DNA of 64,000 bases. Origin: Camelus dromedarius (lineage: Eukaryota). The notes under the pieces were generated by a model. The model ran no database searches. It saw only the letters and a list, made by a program, of their open reading frames with translations, and was not told where the DNA came from. Shown one piece after another: positions 1 to 13,500 of the stretch (the first letter of the stretch is position 1; each line of letters starts with the position of its first letter). The stretch spans positions 33,480,001 to 33,544,000 of the forward strand of contig NC_087452.1 of NCBI RefSeq assembly GCF_036321535.1, in the 5' to 3' direction. The position numbers and the translations under genes are program-made.

Positions 1-839
1 CCCTTGTCTTGACTTAGGCATAGACCTAGAACCCACCAAGGGCCATAGGGAGAAACGTTGCCCGTGGCCAAAGTGGGCTTCCCTGGATTGCCGAGTGGGT
101 GCAGGGTGGGCATCACACAAAGATTCTATTCTGCCCTTTGTGTTGATTCCTCCTTTCTATGAACAAAACCTTTGCGTTCTGCATAGACCCCAAGGACTTC
201 ATGCTGGGTCTGCTTCAGGTGGAATAGATCAGCCTTATATTATGGGGCTTTACCTAATGTTTCTTCTGAGGAGAGGGGAGTAACACTGCTAAAATTAGTT
301 AAGCACGAAAACTCCTAGGAAGGCTTATTCCAGCCCTGATCAGCCCAGGTGAACTCTCCAGGGATGCTGCTCTTTGTCAGAGAAGACCCCCACAAAGATA
401 ACTTCTCTGATGTGGGAATAAAAAAGGTTTGTTAGTCACTTGTCTGTGAAGCATCTGAGCCTCCAAAATTCCAACCCTACTGCAGTCCTGAGGCAAAACT
501 GATCTTCCTGAGAGCTAGGAGCTAAAGTCAGGATATTGACCCTGCCACCTCAAACTTAGGGATCATAAAGCCTTGCTTGTACAGAGCCAGGGTGAGCTTG
601 GGGTGTCCTAAGGATTAGAACCTGTGTCCATCATTCTAGGACCACTTAGAGCCGAGGTCTGAGAGGGTGGAGCATTCTTTTGGCCTGGAAGCTATGGACT
701 TCCACCATATGGTCGAACACTGCCCAAAGCCCAGGGGACTCACTCTCCATCGAGAACATCGTCCCATTCCCTTATGGTCCCGGTCTTCTCGACTCTCCCG
801 AAGTGCAGAGAAGGCGGCACTGAGAGAACAGGGGCTGAA

Positions 840-1560
840 GAGCCGGTGCCTAGTATGCCGCGCACCAGCTCTGGCTTGGGACCATAACGCCCCATCTTAC
901 CCCAGAAAGGGGCCTGGCCGGCGGAGTAGCTACTCCCGGTGCTCCGCCAACGCTGCACTCTTGCGGTACTGGCCGTGTTTCCGAGAGCCTAGGGAGAGAT
1001 ACCGCTGACAGTTTCAGGCCTGCGCTCCGCCCCAGGATTCTTCACGGGCCGCGGAGCCGTTAAGCCCCGCCCCTGAGGGTTCGTCCAATCCGGATCCAAC
1101 CTTCAGTCGGCGCCTTCAAGTTCCGTGTGGCCACTTCCGATCCGTTCCGGAAGTCGCTCAGTGGAGCCAAATTTGAAGCAAACGGAGACGTCTAGGCGCA
1201 GCCACGAAGCTGGACCGGTCGCGGCTTCCTTGGATACCTGCGCCTGTTGAGACCAGTCATCATGCCCATTCGTGCGCTGTGCACCATCTGCTCCGACTTC
1301 TTCGACCACTCCCGTGACGTGGCCGCCATCCACTGCGGCCATACCTTCCACTTACAGTGGTGAGTGACCGCTGTTTGGGGACTGGGCACTCGCTCTGGTA
1401 CCTCTACAGGACTGTGGGGTGTCCGGGCGACCGGTCCGCGGAGCCCAGACTGGTGATGAGGACGTCCTTAGACGGTACCCCACGAGAGGTTCCCAACCTG
1501 GGCAGGAGCGGATCATGGCAGGCTTCCCGGAGGAGGTGATACCTGAGCTGAGGCCGGCAA
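840..1560 (+). promoter_or_regulatory. TRAIP promoter CpG island
   Basis: CpG-dense stretch around TRAIP exon 1. Motifs: CCAAT 1085-1089, ETS/GABP CCGGAAGT 1147-1154, CHR-like TTTGAA 1172-1177. Boundaries approximate. Confidence 0.8.
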
Positions 1561-4500
1561 GGGTCGGGGTTGGTTTAATGAAGACAGAGTAGGGATTTCC
1601 TTGATAGACTTGCAAAAAGACGTGATTTCAAAATCAGTAACCCGGGGGGAGATGAACTTTTGCCACATTAGCGAGCCCGTTTGTTTCTTTGAGACCTGTT
1701 ACACTTATGGCTACCCGATTTGTTGTGGTTTGCTTGACGTTTTGGAATGATTCTGTCCAGAGTCATTTCGTTGTTTAAACACCCCGGTGTATTCACAGAC
1801 CCTAGTAGACTCAAGTTAATATCGGAGAGCAAGGAGGTCCTCGCTAATCAAGCGTTTCTGTAGACCCGTAGGACCATACTGTCGAGTGTACAGCGGGTGG
1901 GGAGGTTCCCCTAGCAGCTGTGGACAGGCTGATTCGGAGCTCCTTTTTCAATTGTGATGAAATATGCGTAAAAAAATTTACCATTTTAACCATTTCTTTT
2001 TCTTTTTTTTACTATACACCATTTTATTGTAGTAAAAATATATAATATTTACCATTTTAACTTTTCACTTTTACAAAACTTTATTTAACAAAAAAGTTCG
2101 TTATGAAAATGTACAGGACCTGATTTTTGTATCATAGTAAAACAAGCCCTTTGAAAAGGGGACATGTGGAAGCAGTTGATTTCTCTGGTGAACACAGCCA
2201 TTTTTTATACTTCTTCCAAGGCTTCTAACATGATGATATTATTTCCTCATATTACCACCCTTTTAGTATTGTTCTGTTGCCCACTAGTTGCTGTCTCCAC
2301 ACATTCATCTATCACAGGATACATAAAGAGATCAAATTCTTGCTATATCCCTTGGTCATGTCTGCCTCCATTTAATTTCAATGAAAACATCTTCATACAA
2401 TTTTTTAATTCAGGAGGGTGTTTGCTCAGTGAGCTCAAAGACGCCTTCCATTTTAGCTGTTTTTAAGTGTACAGTTCAGTGGCATTAAGTACATTCACAA
2501 TGTTGTATAACCATCACCACTATCTATTTCCAAAACTTTTCCATCGTTCCAAACAGAGCACTGTACCCTTTAAACAGTAACTTTCCATTCTTCCCTCCCC
2601 ACAGCCCCTGGAAACTTCTATTTTACTTTCTGTCTCTCCTTGAATTTTCCTATGCTAGGTAACTCACATAAGTGGAATTGCACAATATTTGCTCTTTTGG
2701 GTCTGGCTTATTTCACTAAGCATAATGTTTTTATTCATATTGTAGCACGTTTCAGAATTTCCTGCCTTTTTATGACTAAGTAATATTCATTGTATGGAAA
2801 TACCATATTTTGTTTATCCCTTCATCTGTTAATGGACCTTGGGTTGTTTCCATGTTTTGGCTGCTGTGAGTAATGTTACTATGAACATTGGTGTATAAGT
2901 ATCTGTTCCTGTTTTCCTTTCTTTTGGGTTATACCCAGAGGTGGAATAACTGGATCATATGGTAATTCTATGTTTAATTTTTAAGAAGCTGTCTTACTGT
3001 TTTCCACATCAGCTGCACTATTTTACATTCCCACCTGCGATGCCCAAGGGTTCCAGTTTTTCCACATCCTTGCCAACACTTGTTATTTTCTATTCTTTTT
3101 TTAACAACAGCCATCCTAATGGGTATCTTCTGTTTTACTGCATGTGTTTAAAGCTATCAGGTTCCCTCTGAGTACTGGTTTTGCTGTATTCCACAGTTTG
3201 TTGTTTGGTATGATGTTTTCATTTNNNNNNNNNNNNNNNNNNNNNNNNNNNNNNNNNNNNNNNNNNNNNNNNNNNNNNNNNNNNNNNNNNNNNNNNNNNN
3301 NNNNNNNNNNNNNNNNNNNNNNNNNNNNNNNNNNNNNNNNNNNNNNNNNNNNNNNNNNNNNNNNNNNNNNNNNNNNNNNNNNNNNNNNNNNNNNNNNNNN
3401 NNNNNNNNNNNNNNNNNNNNNNNNNNNNNNNNNNNNNNNNNNNNATGTTCCACAAGCACTTGAGAAAAATGTGTGTTCTGCTGTTGTTGGAGGGAGCATA
3501 TGTCTGTTAAGTCTAGTTGGTTTAAAGTGTTGTTCAAGTCCTCTATTTCCTTATTGATCATCTGTCTGATCGTTCTATCCATTGTTAAAATTGTGGGGTA
3601 TTGACATCTCCATCTTTTATTGTAGAGCTGTTTCTCCCTTCAGTTCTGTACAGTTTTCTTTCATATATATTTTGTTAGGTGCATATATGTTTGCAATTGT
3701 TACTTCTTGTTAGAGTGGAACTTTTATCAATATGTAAAGTCCTTCTTTGTCTTTTGTAACCTTTTTTGACTTAAAGTCTATTTTGTCTGACAACAGTGTC
3801 TCTTGTACATTTTCCATCTTTCTATTTCTTAGTATTTCCTCTGACCTATCTTTCAGTGTACTAATTCTTCAGTCCTGTGTCTAAACTTCTATTAAACTCA
3901 TCCATTGAATTCTTAATTTTGGCCTTTTTTTCAGTTTTAGAATTTCTGTTGGGTTCTTATTAAACTCTGTTATGTCACCTTTTATTATCTAATTCTCTAC
4001 TGATATTTTCAATCTTAATTTTTATTTATTCAGTATAATGTGTTTATTATGCTCTGTGTCTGACAGTTCCAATGTCTGAATCCTATGTGGATATGTTCTG
4101 ATTTGCACTTGTAGTACTTTTCTCCCTGTGTAACTGTTTGCTTTTTTAAAAAACCAAAACATTTTATTGGAATATGATATATTACATAATAGTACACAAA
4201 TAATAAGTGTATGGCTTGCAGAATTTTCACAAACTGAACATACTCATGCAACCAGAATTCAGATCAAGAAACTAGATATTAGCACTTCAGAAACCTCTTA
4301 GTGAGAGACTGGGACCTGGGACACTACCAGAGTGTTTATACTTGCACCTGGATAAACATCTTCCTGGAGCAACAGAATACAAAGAAGTTATAAGGGACTA
4401 AAAATAACTGCACACATGTGCAGTTGGGGCAAATTATGAACAATAAAATATAAAACGGCTCAACTGACACTTCTGAGATGTTGGGAGCAAAATCAAGGTA

Positions 4501-7500
4501 CTAGGCATGATCCCTGCACCCAGCACCACCAAGGGAGTGGGCAGACCCCCTAAGCCACCCCTCCAGTCCAGTGCACCCATCCACCCTTACCCTCACCCCA
4601 TTTAAGTGCGCCTGTTGCTTGTTTTTGCTTCCTGTGCTGCAGCTCGAGTCCCAATAAGGTCTTGCCTGAATTTCTCATCCAGCCTCTTACCAATTTCTAT
4701 TGATTAAAGAGTTCAGGAACCCAGGTCAGTAACACTCATGCCCTCTTCAAGTTACACCCACCCCCCAGCCCACCTTTCCTCCACACATAAGAATAACTAC
4801 TGTTTTGACTTCCAGCAACATAGATGAGTCTTGCCTACTTTACTTTATGTAAGTGGAGTTATGCACAATATAGCTTTTTTTGTATCTGGCTTCTCCTCCT
4901 CTATGTTATATTTATGTAATTCATCCATAATTTTGTTCTTAGTTGTAGACTTGTTTGTCTCATTGCTGTGTGATATTCCATTATTCATGGTTAACTCTGA
5001 TTATATGTTGTATATAGTATTCGAAAAATTATTTATTAAAAAATTGAGGCCTAAGATGACGGTATCATCTTCCTGAAAGGACTGTTCCTCCTTGGTCCTA
5101 GGGTAGGAGAATCTCCTAGTGGGAGACTAATTAAAGTTTAAGGCACATAGATGGTGCATAGCTGAGCTGTGTTTTGCTTTTACTGCTACTTGCTTTTACC
5201 TCTAGTTTACCCTTACCTTGAAAGTATAGCCCTTTGGAATCCCAGCTTAAACGAGGATATGATTATAATCCCCATCTCTAAGTGACCCTGGCTTTGAATG
5301 TTGTCCCCCCACCCCCAAGTCAAAGCCTAGAAGGTTGACAGAATTGCAGCTCAGAGGTAGGGAAGGCCAAGCCAACAGGGCCAAAAGAAGGGCCAGCTGG
5401 TTGGAGTGTTTCTACCAGCCAGGCTCGTGGGATGTACTATCACTGCCTGTGGTGCTGCCCTCCTTGTGGGCAGGCATTGGGTGGAGGAGGAACAGGACAG
5501 ATGCCATTATGGTGAGGGTGGCTACCTGGTCTTTGCGTCTCCCCCCAAGCCAGGGCTCACCAGTCCGTTTTTCTGCTTCTCATTCCAGCCTAATTCAGTG
5601 GTTCGAGACAGCACCAAGTCGGACCTGCCCACAGTGCCGAATCCAGGTGAGGGTGGTGGGGTGAAAAAAACCTCAGCTAACGACATCTCCTTGCCAGGGA
5701 GCAGGAAAGAGGAAAGATCTCTCAAGCTAAGGAGTATCTTTGACCTATTTGGACCCTCATGGTTTGAGGCTGATTGAGCCTTACTTGTGCTTTCGACTGG
5801 CTTGGGAGGCCTACCTATGCACAGGGGTAGCTGACAGATGGACTTGTTGCCTGGGCCAGTCTTCATCTGAGTAGATTTGGCCTCCTTCCCTGCCTTTCCC
5901 CATTTTCTCAATGCCTAACACCTACAGTTGGGGTATCTTTTGAGCAGTTACCACATGGGTGGTCTGCAGTGACATGACTTCAGTAACCACCAAGCTAGTG
6001 GCACCAGCTTGGGATATCTACAGGGTTGCAGAGATTGTCTGACTCCACGGGATGTGCTATGAAAGGTTAGGCCTGAGAACAGGTTTAGGTGCATGTTAGG
6101 CTACATGTGCATCCCTGTCCTCCTTGCCCATGACCCAGCTGTGCAGTCATGCTGTATCTTGTTCTCCCATCCAGGTCGGCAAAAGAACCATTATCAATAA
6201 GCTCTTCTTTGACCTTGCCCAAGAGGAGGAGAGTGTCTTAGATGCAGAATTCTTAAAGGTATCCAGAATTTATCTCATCCTATTGAACCCCAAGCCCTCT
6301 GAGAGTTCAGTTTCTGCTCCTACCCAGGGAGGGTAGCTGGAATATGGAGATGGAGATCTAGAGGGGAGACTTGGTAGAGATTTCAAGGCAGAGGCAATGA
6401 GAGCAGAGGGCAACTGACGGTGATACAGTCATTGGAGAAATAGGCTGTAGGAAGGAAGGGAGCTACTTGGTTGTGAGCACTTCCCTGGGGATTTCAGAGC
6501 AACTCTGACCACAGGTCAGATCTGCAGCTATCCTTCCCAGCCCACTTTGCTGCTTGGACAGTTAGAGACAGATTAGAAAACGCTTCCAGTCCTCAGCCAG
6601 AGAAGATGTGTAGACCCACTTCACAAACCTGCCTGTGCCTCAAAATTGCCTGGGGAGCTTGGTATATACCCAGGGTCCTGAGTCTTTCCAGACCAAGAAT
6701 GGAGGGCAGAGCCCCTGGAATCAAGATGTGCAGCCAGGATAGAAACCCACACTGCAGGGGAGGATGGGTGGATTCCCTCCTACACTTCTGCTGCTTCCCC
6801 TCCAAGTCTAAGATTTAGCTTTCTTTGTGCACAAAGGGGTTGTATTGGCAGAAACCTCTCAAGGAAGTGGGATTGAGGTTTGCAAGTGAACCTGGACTCT
6901 GAGGGTTAATTTGCTGGGAATTTGCTGGGCATCTGTCAGATCAGGATTCATTTGGCCCCAGCCCCAGGGTGCCGTGATGTCCTTGGAACCTCACTGCTTC
7001 AAGAATGTGGAGCTTTTGTGCTTAAAGCCAACATGTTCATCGTCATGGTAACTGCTCCCAGTTTTAAGCTGTGTCCTCCCTGTGATAAAGGCAACAAAAG
7101 CAGCTTCATTTCTTTCCGGCTTTCAAAGCCAGATCTAGGAGACAGGGAGGCAAAATCTTAAGTAGTTTGGAGCAAAAGCTTGGAAGGCACCCTGCTTGGA
7201 TGTGGAAGGAGCCAGAGAGCTAGCAGTAGCTTTGGGCTGACAGCCACTCTCAGGCAGCCCATGCATGCCCTTATCTATCCACCACTTCCACCCCAGATGT
7301 CCAGCCTACGCTGACCAGCTCAGCCACCAAAAGCTCCTGCCCCAGAGTCCTGGGTGGAGAGTTTGACAGCAGGGACTTATCTGCCCACTGGGCTGGGCCT
7401 TATTATTGGTCACATGTGATATTCTGTATCTTGTGTTGACCTAGGAAGGGTGATCTGGAGGAGGATTTGTCTGGATTGCATCCAGCTACCACCCTGGACC

Positions 7501-10500
7501 CTTGGCCAAACCTTTCGGGTCTGCCAAGTCTGGTTTTCCTGCTTATGGAGTAGACACCTCTCTTGCCCACAGGGATGTTGAGTGCATGGGACTCCTGGAT
7601 GGGAGCTCAGCTCAGTTCTGCTCCAGCCTCTCAGTGGTTCTGCGGCAGTGGATTTGGAACATGCATGAACTTTGAGAGGTTCATTTAACCCTCACAGTCT
7701 GGTTTGAGCCTAGCACATGTGACATTTCACTCAGCAGGGCAGAGTTGTCCTGGCTCACCTACCGTAATGGGCCTGGAAGATTCATGGTACACAGAGCCAG
7801 CTTAGAGCTTGGAGATGGTTAGAACATGAAGCAGGCAGAACCCAGGGTGGAGGCAAGGAGTGGTTGGCCATCCCAACTCTGTGTCCCCAGTGAGAGCAGC
7901 TAATGCCAGAGAGGGTGAGGGCCAGCACAGGCCCAGGGAACCAATGGAAGCCTCTGCCATGAGACTGACCACACAGGTCCAGCTCCACTTACTTTGCCCT
8001 GTTGTGCCTGTTTTCCTGTCCTGGGGTCTTGTACCTGAGATTATTTCCATTCATCTTATCTACTTTTTAAAAAGGCACAAAGAGATAAAGCAAGGCTTCT
8101 CTCTCCATTGTTGACTTAGCTTGTCCTTGAGACGCAGCAGGGTCCTTGAGATGCTTCTCTGGATCTACAGGCCTCATTGTCACCTCCCGGGTCTCCCCAC
8201 AAGCCTTATGGGAGGCCAAGTGGAAGCCAGATCCGTTGCTTTTTTGCTGCTTATTGTGGATCTTGCTTTGCAGAATGAACTGGATAATACTAGAGCCCTG
8301 CTTTCCCAGAAAGGTGAGTTCCCAAGGGGCCCTGGGAAGCCCCTGACTTGGGTGCTGGAGGGAGAGGCCCTGGGAGGAAGGCCTCCCTCCTTCTGGCAGA
8401 GCCAGGGGTTCTCCCTGCTTTGTCTGTCCAAGAGTCTTATCAGCTCTTGTGATTGGCAGAAAAGGAGAGGAAAAGGAGGTGACTAAAGCTGTCCACCTGA
8501 ACCAGATGAGCCTCTTCTCTTTGTCTGAGACTTCTTGCCTAGGACCCAGGCTAGGAGGGGCTACCTGATAGGACAGAGTATTTGTAAAAGAGGGTTCAGC
8601 TGCCAGGTTTGGCAGGAATCTGCTTGAGTTCTGGGATGAGGAATTAACTAAAGCCACAGGAACAGGGATTAGTGAAGTCTTTACTCAGGTAGTTTCAAGC
8701 AGCACAAAGAGGGTCTCATCCTGGGAATGAAGAAACTCTGGCTGGGATTCCCTGGTTTGGTGCCTGCCAGCAAGAGAAGTGGGCCATCCAACCTTTTGCT
8801 CTGAGACTTGTTCCTCATGGGCTCTGGGGTGGGTGCTGGAGCCCAAGGGTCCAGGTTCTCATATGGATGGGTGAAGGGGCTTCTTCTCTCCCTCCATCTT
8901 CACCCCTGCTCCAGAGAAGGAAAAACGAGACAGCCAGGTCATCATTGACACTCTGCGGGACACGCTGGAAGAGCGCAATGCCACTGTGGAGTCCCTGCAG
9001 AAGGCCTTAGACAAGGCCGAGATGCTGTGCTCCACCCTCAAGGTGGGTCCCCAGGTCTTGGGGGCGAAGATTGGTGGGGAGGTATAGTCTGAAGTCCTGG
9101 GCTCATTACTCTACTGGACGTATCATTTGGTTCTTGGTTAATACCTTGGTGTGTTCAGTTGTAAAATGGAGGCAAATCCCATCTTCCCAGGCCTCCCATA
9201 CTGTGCCCATCCAGCCCGTAAGAAAAGTGTCATATTGGCTATGCTTACGGATTTTGTACTTGGTAGTCAGGGGAGGCAAGGCCTTCCCAGTCCTTGGAGG
9301 GGCTGCTCAGCCAAGACCTCAGTGAGGCTGAACCGTGTTTCCAAAAGTGGTTTGTACTCCACTGACAAAGCCAGCCTGAAGAACCTTCCATTATCACACT
9401 AGTCTGGCTGGGCTGCTCTCTGGAGCCAGATCAAACAGCATCCCAGGGAGGAGCAGGGGGCCTTTGAAGTTGGCTTTGCTGAGCTGACCGGACAGATCAA
9501 AGCCTGCAGAGCAAGCGGCTCTAGACCCAGATGAATTTCATATCAGCCTGGGTTGGTGAGCCTCTTGCTCTCCAAGGGGCATGAGGTGATTGATCTGAAT
9601 TCATGATTGATATTCTGGCCTCGTAGGAAGGAGCAGTCTTGCTGGATGCCATTTGAAAGGGAAAGGGAACCATCCGTGTGATCAGACAGGGCCCCAGGGT
9701 GCTCATTGTTTCTATTCCTGCTTGGTGGCTGGGCTGGATCACGTGTCCTGGCCGGTGGGAGGGAAGGAGTGAACTAGCTCCTGGCTGTAGAGCAGGAGTC
9801 TGATGGCATTCCTGGGTCAGAGATGGAGTGGCCAGGTGCTGAGGGCAGCCTAGCCAGCTGCCTCAGGCTCAGCTTTCCTATCTTGGCAACCATCCATGAG
9901 TCTAGATGGATAGTGCAGCCCGGATTTGTGCTTCAGGCTTCTTCAGCTTCCTGCACAGCATGTACCATGAGGCGTGGGCCACATGATCCTGGCAACCCCC
10001 AGCAGGCCTGTTGATGCTGGCAGTGGGCTATGCCTATGGTAAGACCTGTCTCAGGAGGAAGCAAGCAGAGAGGTGAGGAAGCAGTTGGCTTGGGGCCTCT
10101 TAGAAGAAAAAGCACAATCCAGAGTCGGGCCCAGGAGCCTTACCTCTGGGGTGTTGAAACACATGCTTATCAGCACTTTCAAAAGCAGACAGTTCTTGGT
10201 AGATTCTCTCAGTGACTTTAGCCTTGGCCCCTGGGAGCCTCCAAGCAACAGATATGTAGAGGTGCCTTTGCCCTTCAGAAGCAGATGAAGTACTTGGAGC
10301 AACAGCAGGATGAGACCAAACAAGCACGGGAGGAGGCCCGCCGACTCCGGAGCAAGATGAAGACTATGGAGCGGTGAGCTTGGAGCTGGGGCCCACCTAT
10401 ACCTTTGTGCCTCCAGCCCGCAGGGGCACAGCTCTCAGGAGCAGCAGGGGTTGGCCTGTCTCTGTGGCTCAAGTCTCCACAGGCCGTGGGAAGCGCAGGC

Positions 10501-13500
10501 CGGCTGGGTATGGGCACAGGTCTCCTTGCTCAGCCTCTGTGGGCTTCTCTACTTTCTGTGGGGCCTTTTGCCACACTCCTCCCTGTGCCTGTTGCCTGTG
10601 GCCAGACAACCTGACAGGGCTTCTGTTCCATGAACCTCTCTCTGGGGATCCCTGACCTTGAGGTCCTCTGTCAGCACCCCTTCTTCTCCAGCAGCATCTC
10701 TGCAGCTGTGCTTAGCTCTGCTGTGGGGCTTTTCTTTGGGTAGACCTGCCTGCTAAAGCATCCTAGCAGCTCAGGCTGTCACCATAGCAACGGCAGCAAA
10801 GGGAGGCAGAGCTGCACTAGGTATCTACCCATCAGCCTCCAGATTTTAAATGCCGTGGGCTGGGTGTTTTTCAGGATTGAGCTCCTACTCCAGAGCCAGC
10901 GGCCCGAGGTGGAGGAGATGATCCGAGACATGGGTGTGGGACAGTCAGCAGTGGAGCAACTGGCTGTGTACTGCGTATCCCTCAAGAAGTGTGTATTCTG
11001 GTCCCTCTGTCCAAATCCAGAAGCTAAGTCATGGCAACCCAGCCATGCCTCTCCATCTGTTGCCCATCTCTTGTAAAGCAGAGCAGGTGGAGTTAAGGGA
11101 CAGACTCTAGAGCCAATCTGTCTCAGTTTGAACTCTCACCCCACCTCTCACCATGTGGCCAGGAGCCAGTTTCTTAACCTCTCTGATCCTCAGCTTCCTG
11201 AATAGAGATATAATAACTTGCCTCACAGGATTATTGAAAGAATTAAGTGTGAATTATAACTGTTACTTCTAAGGAGGTTGGCACAGCTCTCTGAGCTATA
11301 AGCCCCATTGTGATATCCAGAGCCTGTTTCCCATCAGCATCAGCACTGTTACTGACCCTGCCTGGTTTATATCAGAAACTTAGCTCAGATGCTCCATTAC
11401 CATGAGTGTGAAGTTGGGGAAGAGGGGTCACTTGCCTGACAGGCATGGAGGATCCCAGATGCCTCCTGTAGGGGCAGGTGGTGTAGAGGGCCTCCTAGTG
11501 AGGCTGGGGCTTCCTGTACACCCCCTTTTTTAATAGCGGTACTGGGGATTGCACTGAGGACCTCATGCATGCTAAGCATGCGCTCTACCATTGAGCTTTT
11601 ATCCTCCTCCACCCTGTAGATCCTTTTAAATCACCAGTGCCTACAAGACAGGCAGGGTGCAGAGACTCATCAGCTTTCCTTGCATTGGGTGCAGGACCCT
11701 CCACAGCACCACCTAGTCCCTGTTGGGCTCAGGTGTCAGAGTAGGAATGAGAAAGGCTGAGGGTCGGATCTAGCTTTGTGTTTGGGTGGTGCTATGGCTC
11801 AGTCTGAGCAGCAGGTATCTGGTGCTGACATCTCTTTCCATGGCCCCTTTATAGAGAGTATGAGAATCTAAAAGAGGCACGGAAGGCTTCAGGAGAGCTA
11901 ACTGACAAGCTGAAGAAGGACTTGTTTTCTTCCAGAAACAAGGTAACTTAGTGGGGAGCAGAAGGTGAGGGGTGAGGTGGCTGTCCTTTTGTCTTGCCCA
12001 TTCATGTCTCCTAAGCAAGGTCATGGGGCCTGATGGTGCAGCTGGCTTCATGTGACTGGCTGTTGGATGACTCACAGAGACTGGTTTGTGGTCCTTACTG
12101 GGCATCAACTCTGGCCACGTGGCTTGTCCTCTTAGGGTGGCAGATCATGCAGGTATCCCCCCACCACCTGCACACTTATGCTCTTCCTGGCCCCTGGGTA
12201 CCTCTCAGCTGACTGGAGCACACAGGTCCCACAAGTGACAGCTGCAGGAGTCTGTTTTTGTACCAGGCCCAGAGTAGGAGGCCTCTTGGAACTTGGTTCA
12301 GTCAGCACAGCTGCTTTTATTTCTGGGCATGGTGCATCCACAAGCTGCAGGGTATGGGAAGCAGCCCTTGCTCCTGGGCAGCTCCAGATGGGCATTGCTG
12401 GACTATGGTCCAGCCCCATAGAGCTCAGGTCTCCCACCATGTGCCCAGACTCTTCTGGGCTCCAGGCTTCCATGAGCTTGTGTAGCGGCAGGTTGGGGCA
12501 GGGCACATGGCCACCCCTTGGTTTGTCCTTTACTCCTTATACTTCTCTTGTAGTTGCAGACAGTCTGCTCTGAACTGGACCAGGCCAAGTTGGAGCTAAA
12601 GTCGGCCCAGAAGGACTTACAGAGTGCTGACAAGGAAATTGTGGTGAGGGACATCCCTGGCCAGGTGGGAATGAGGGGTGACTTGTGTGCTCTCTAAGAG
12701 CAGGTCTGGGGTAGCTCTGCCCGGGGACCTCGCACTAGTCAGCACTAGTGCCTCTGGGCTCCCTGAATCCTCCTGGGTCAGGACGTGTACCTTGGCCCTT
12801 GGTCTGGAGCCTGGGTCTTCCTCACAGTTTGTCTTATGCCTACATCCTTGAGGTTACCAGAGGAGGGGCTCAGAGAGGGGTTCTGAGATCCAGTAGTCCT
12901 GGCCTCCTGAGCCTGATATTTGGGTTTCAGGCCTTGTTCTGTTACCAGTGGGCTTGCCCCTTGTGCATATGTTGCTACGTCCTTAGGAGTTGTTCTGGAC
13001 TTGATGTCTCAGTCTGTCTTTCACACTTTTCTCTTTCCTTCCCCAAGAGCCTGAAAAAAAAGCTAACGGTGCTGCAGGAAACCCTGAACCTGCCGCCAGT
13101 AGACAGTGAGACTGTCAACCGCCTGGTTTTTGAGAGGTTTGTTGAATATCTGGGGTATGCAGGGGCCATAAGCTGGAGGAGCTCCCCGGTAAGGGTCTTC
13201 ACTCATCTTGGCTTTGTGGGGGTGGGTGGCCCATGTGGGCCTGGAGGCTATGGACCTCCTATAGTGGGAGACAACCAAGATTTAGCTGGAAAGCAGCTTT
13301 GAGGTAAAGTCTGGACTCTGACAAGGGGAGGCCAGGGTAGGCCAGAAAGGAACTAAGAATGGTCAGAGAAAGGGCAGGAGCATTCTCTGTGCCAGGGCAT
13401 TTGTTTATGGAATGGCTCACCTAATACATCTGTCTGCCCCAGATTCTCAAACATGAAACCAGCAGAATAACTCCCTTCTGGTCCCATTAATGTGCGCATT

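Noticed and set aside
1-700. Possible 3' end of CAMKV (expected upstream by synteny); AATAAA at 417-422
   Set aside because: No recognisable CAMKV coding or UTR sequence, and a lone hexamer is not enough evidence.
6259-6266. TRAIP intron 3 donor GTATCCAG resembles a U12 donor
   Set aside because: It lacks TT at +7/+8 and there is no TCCTTRAC branch site near the acceptor at 8273, so it is treated as U2-type.
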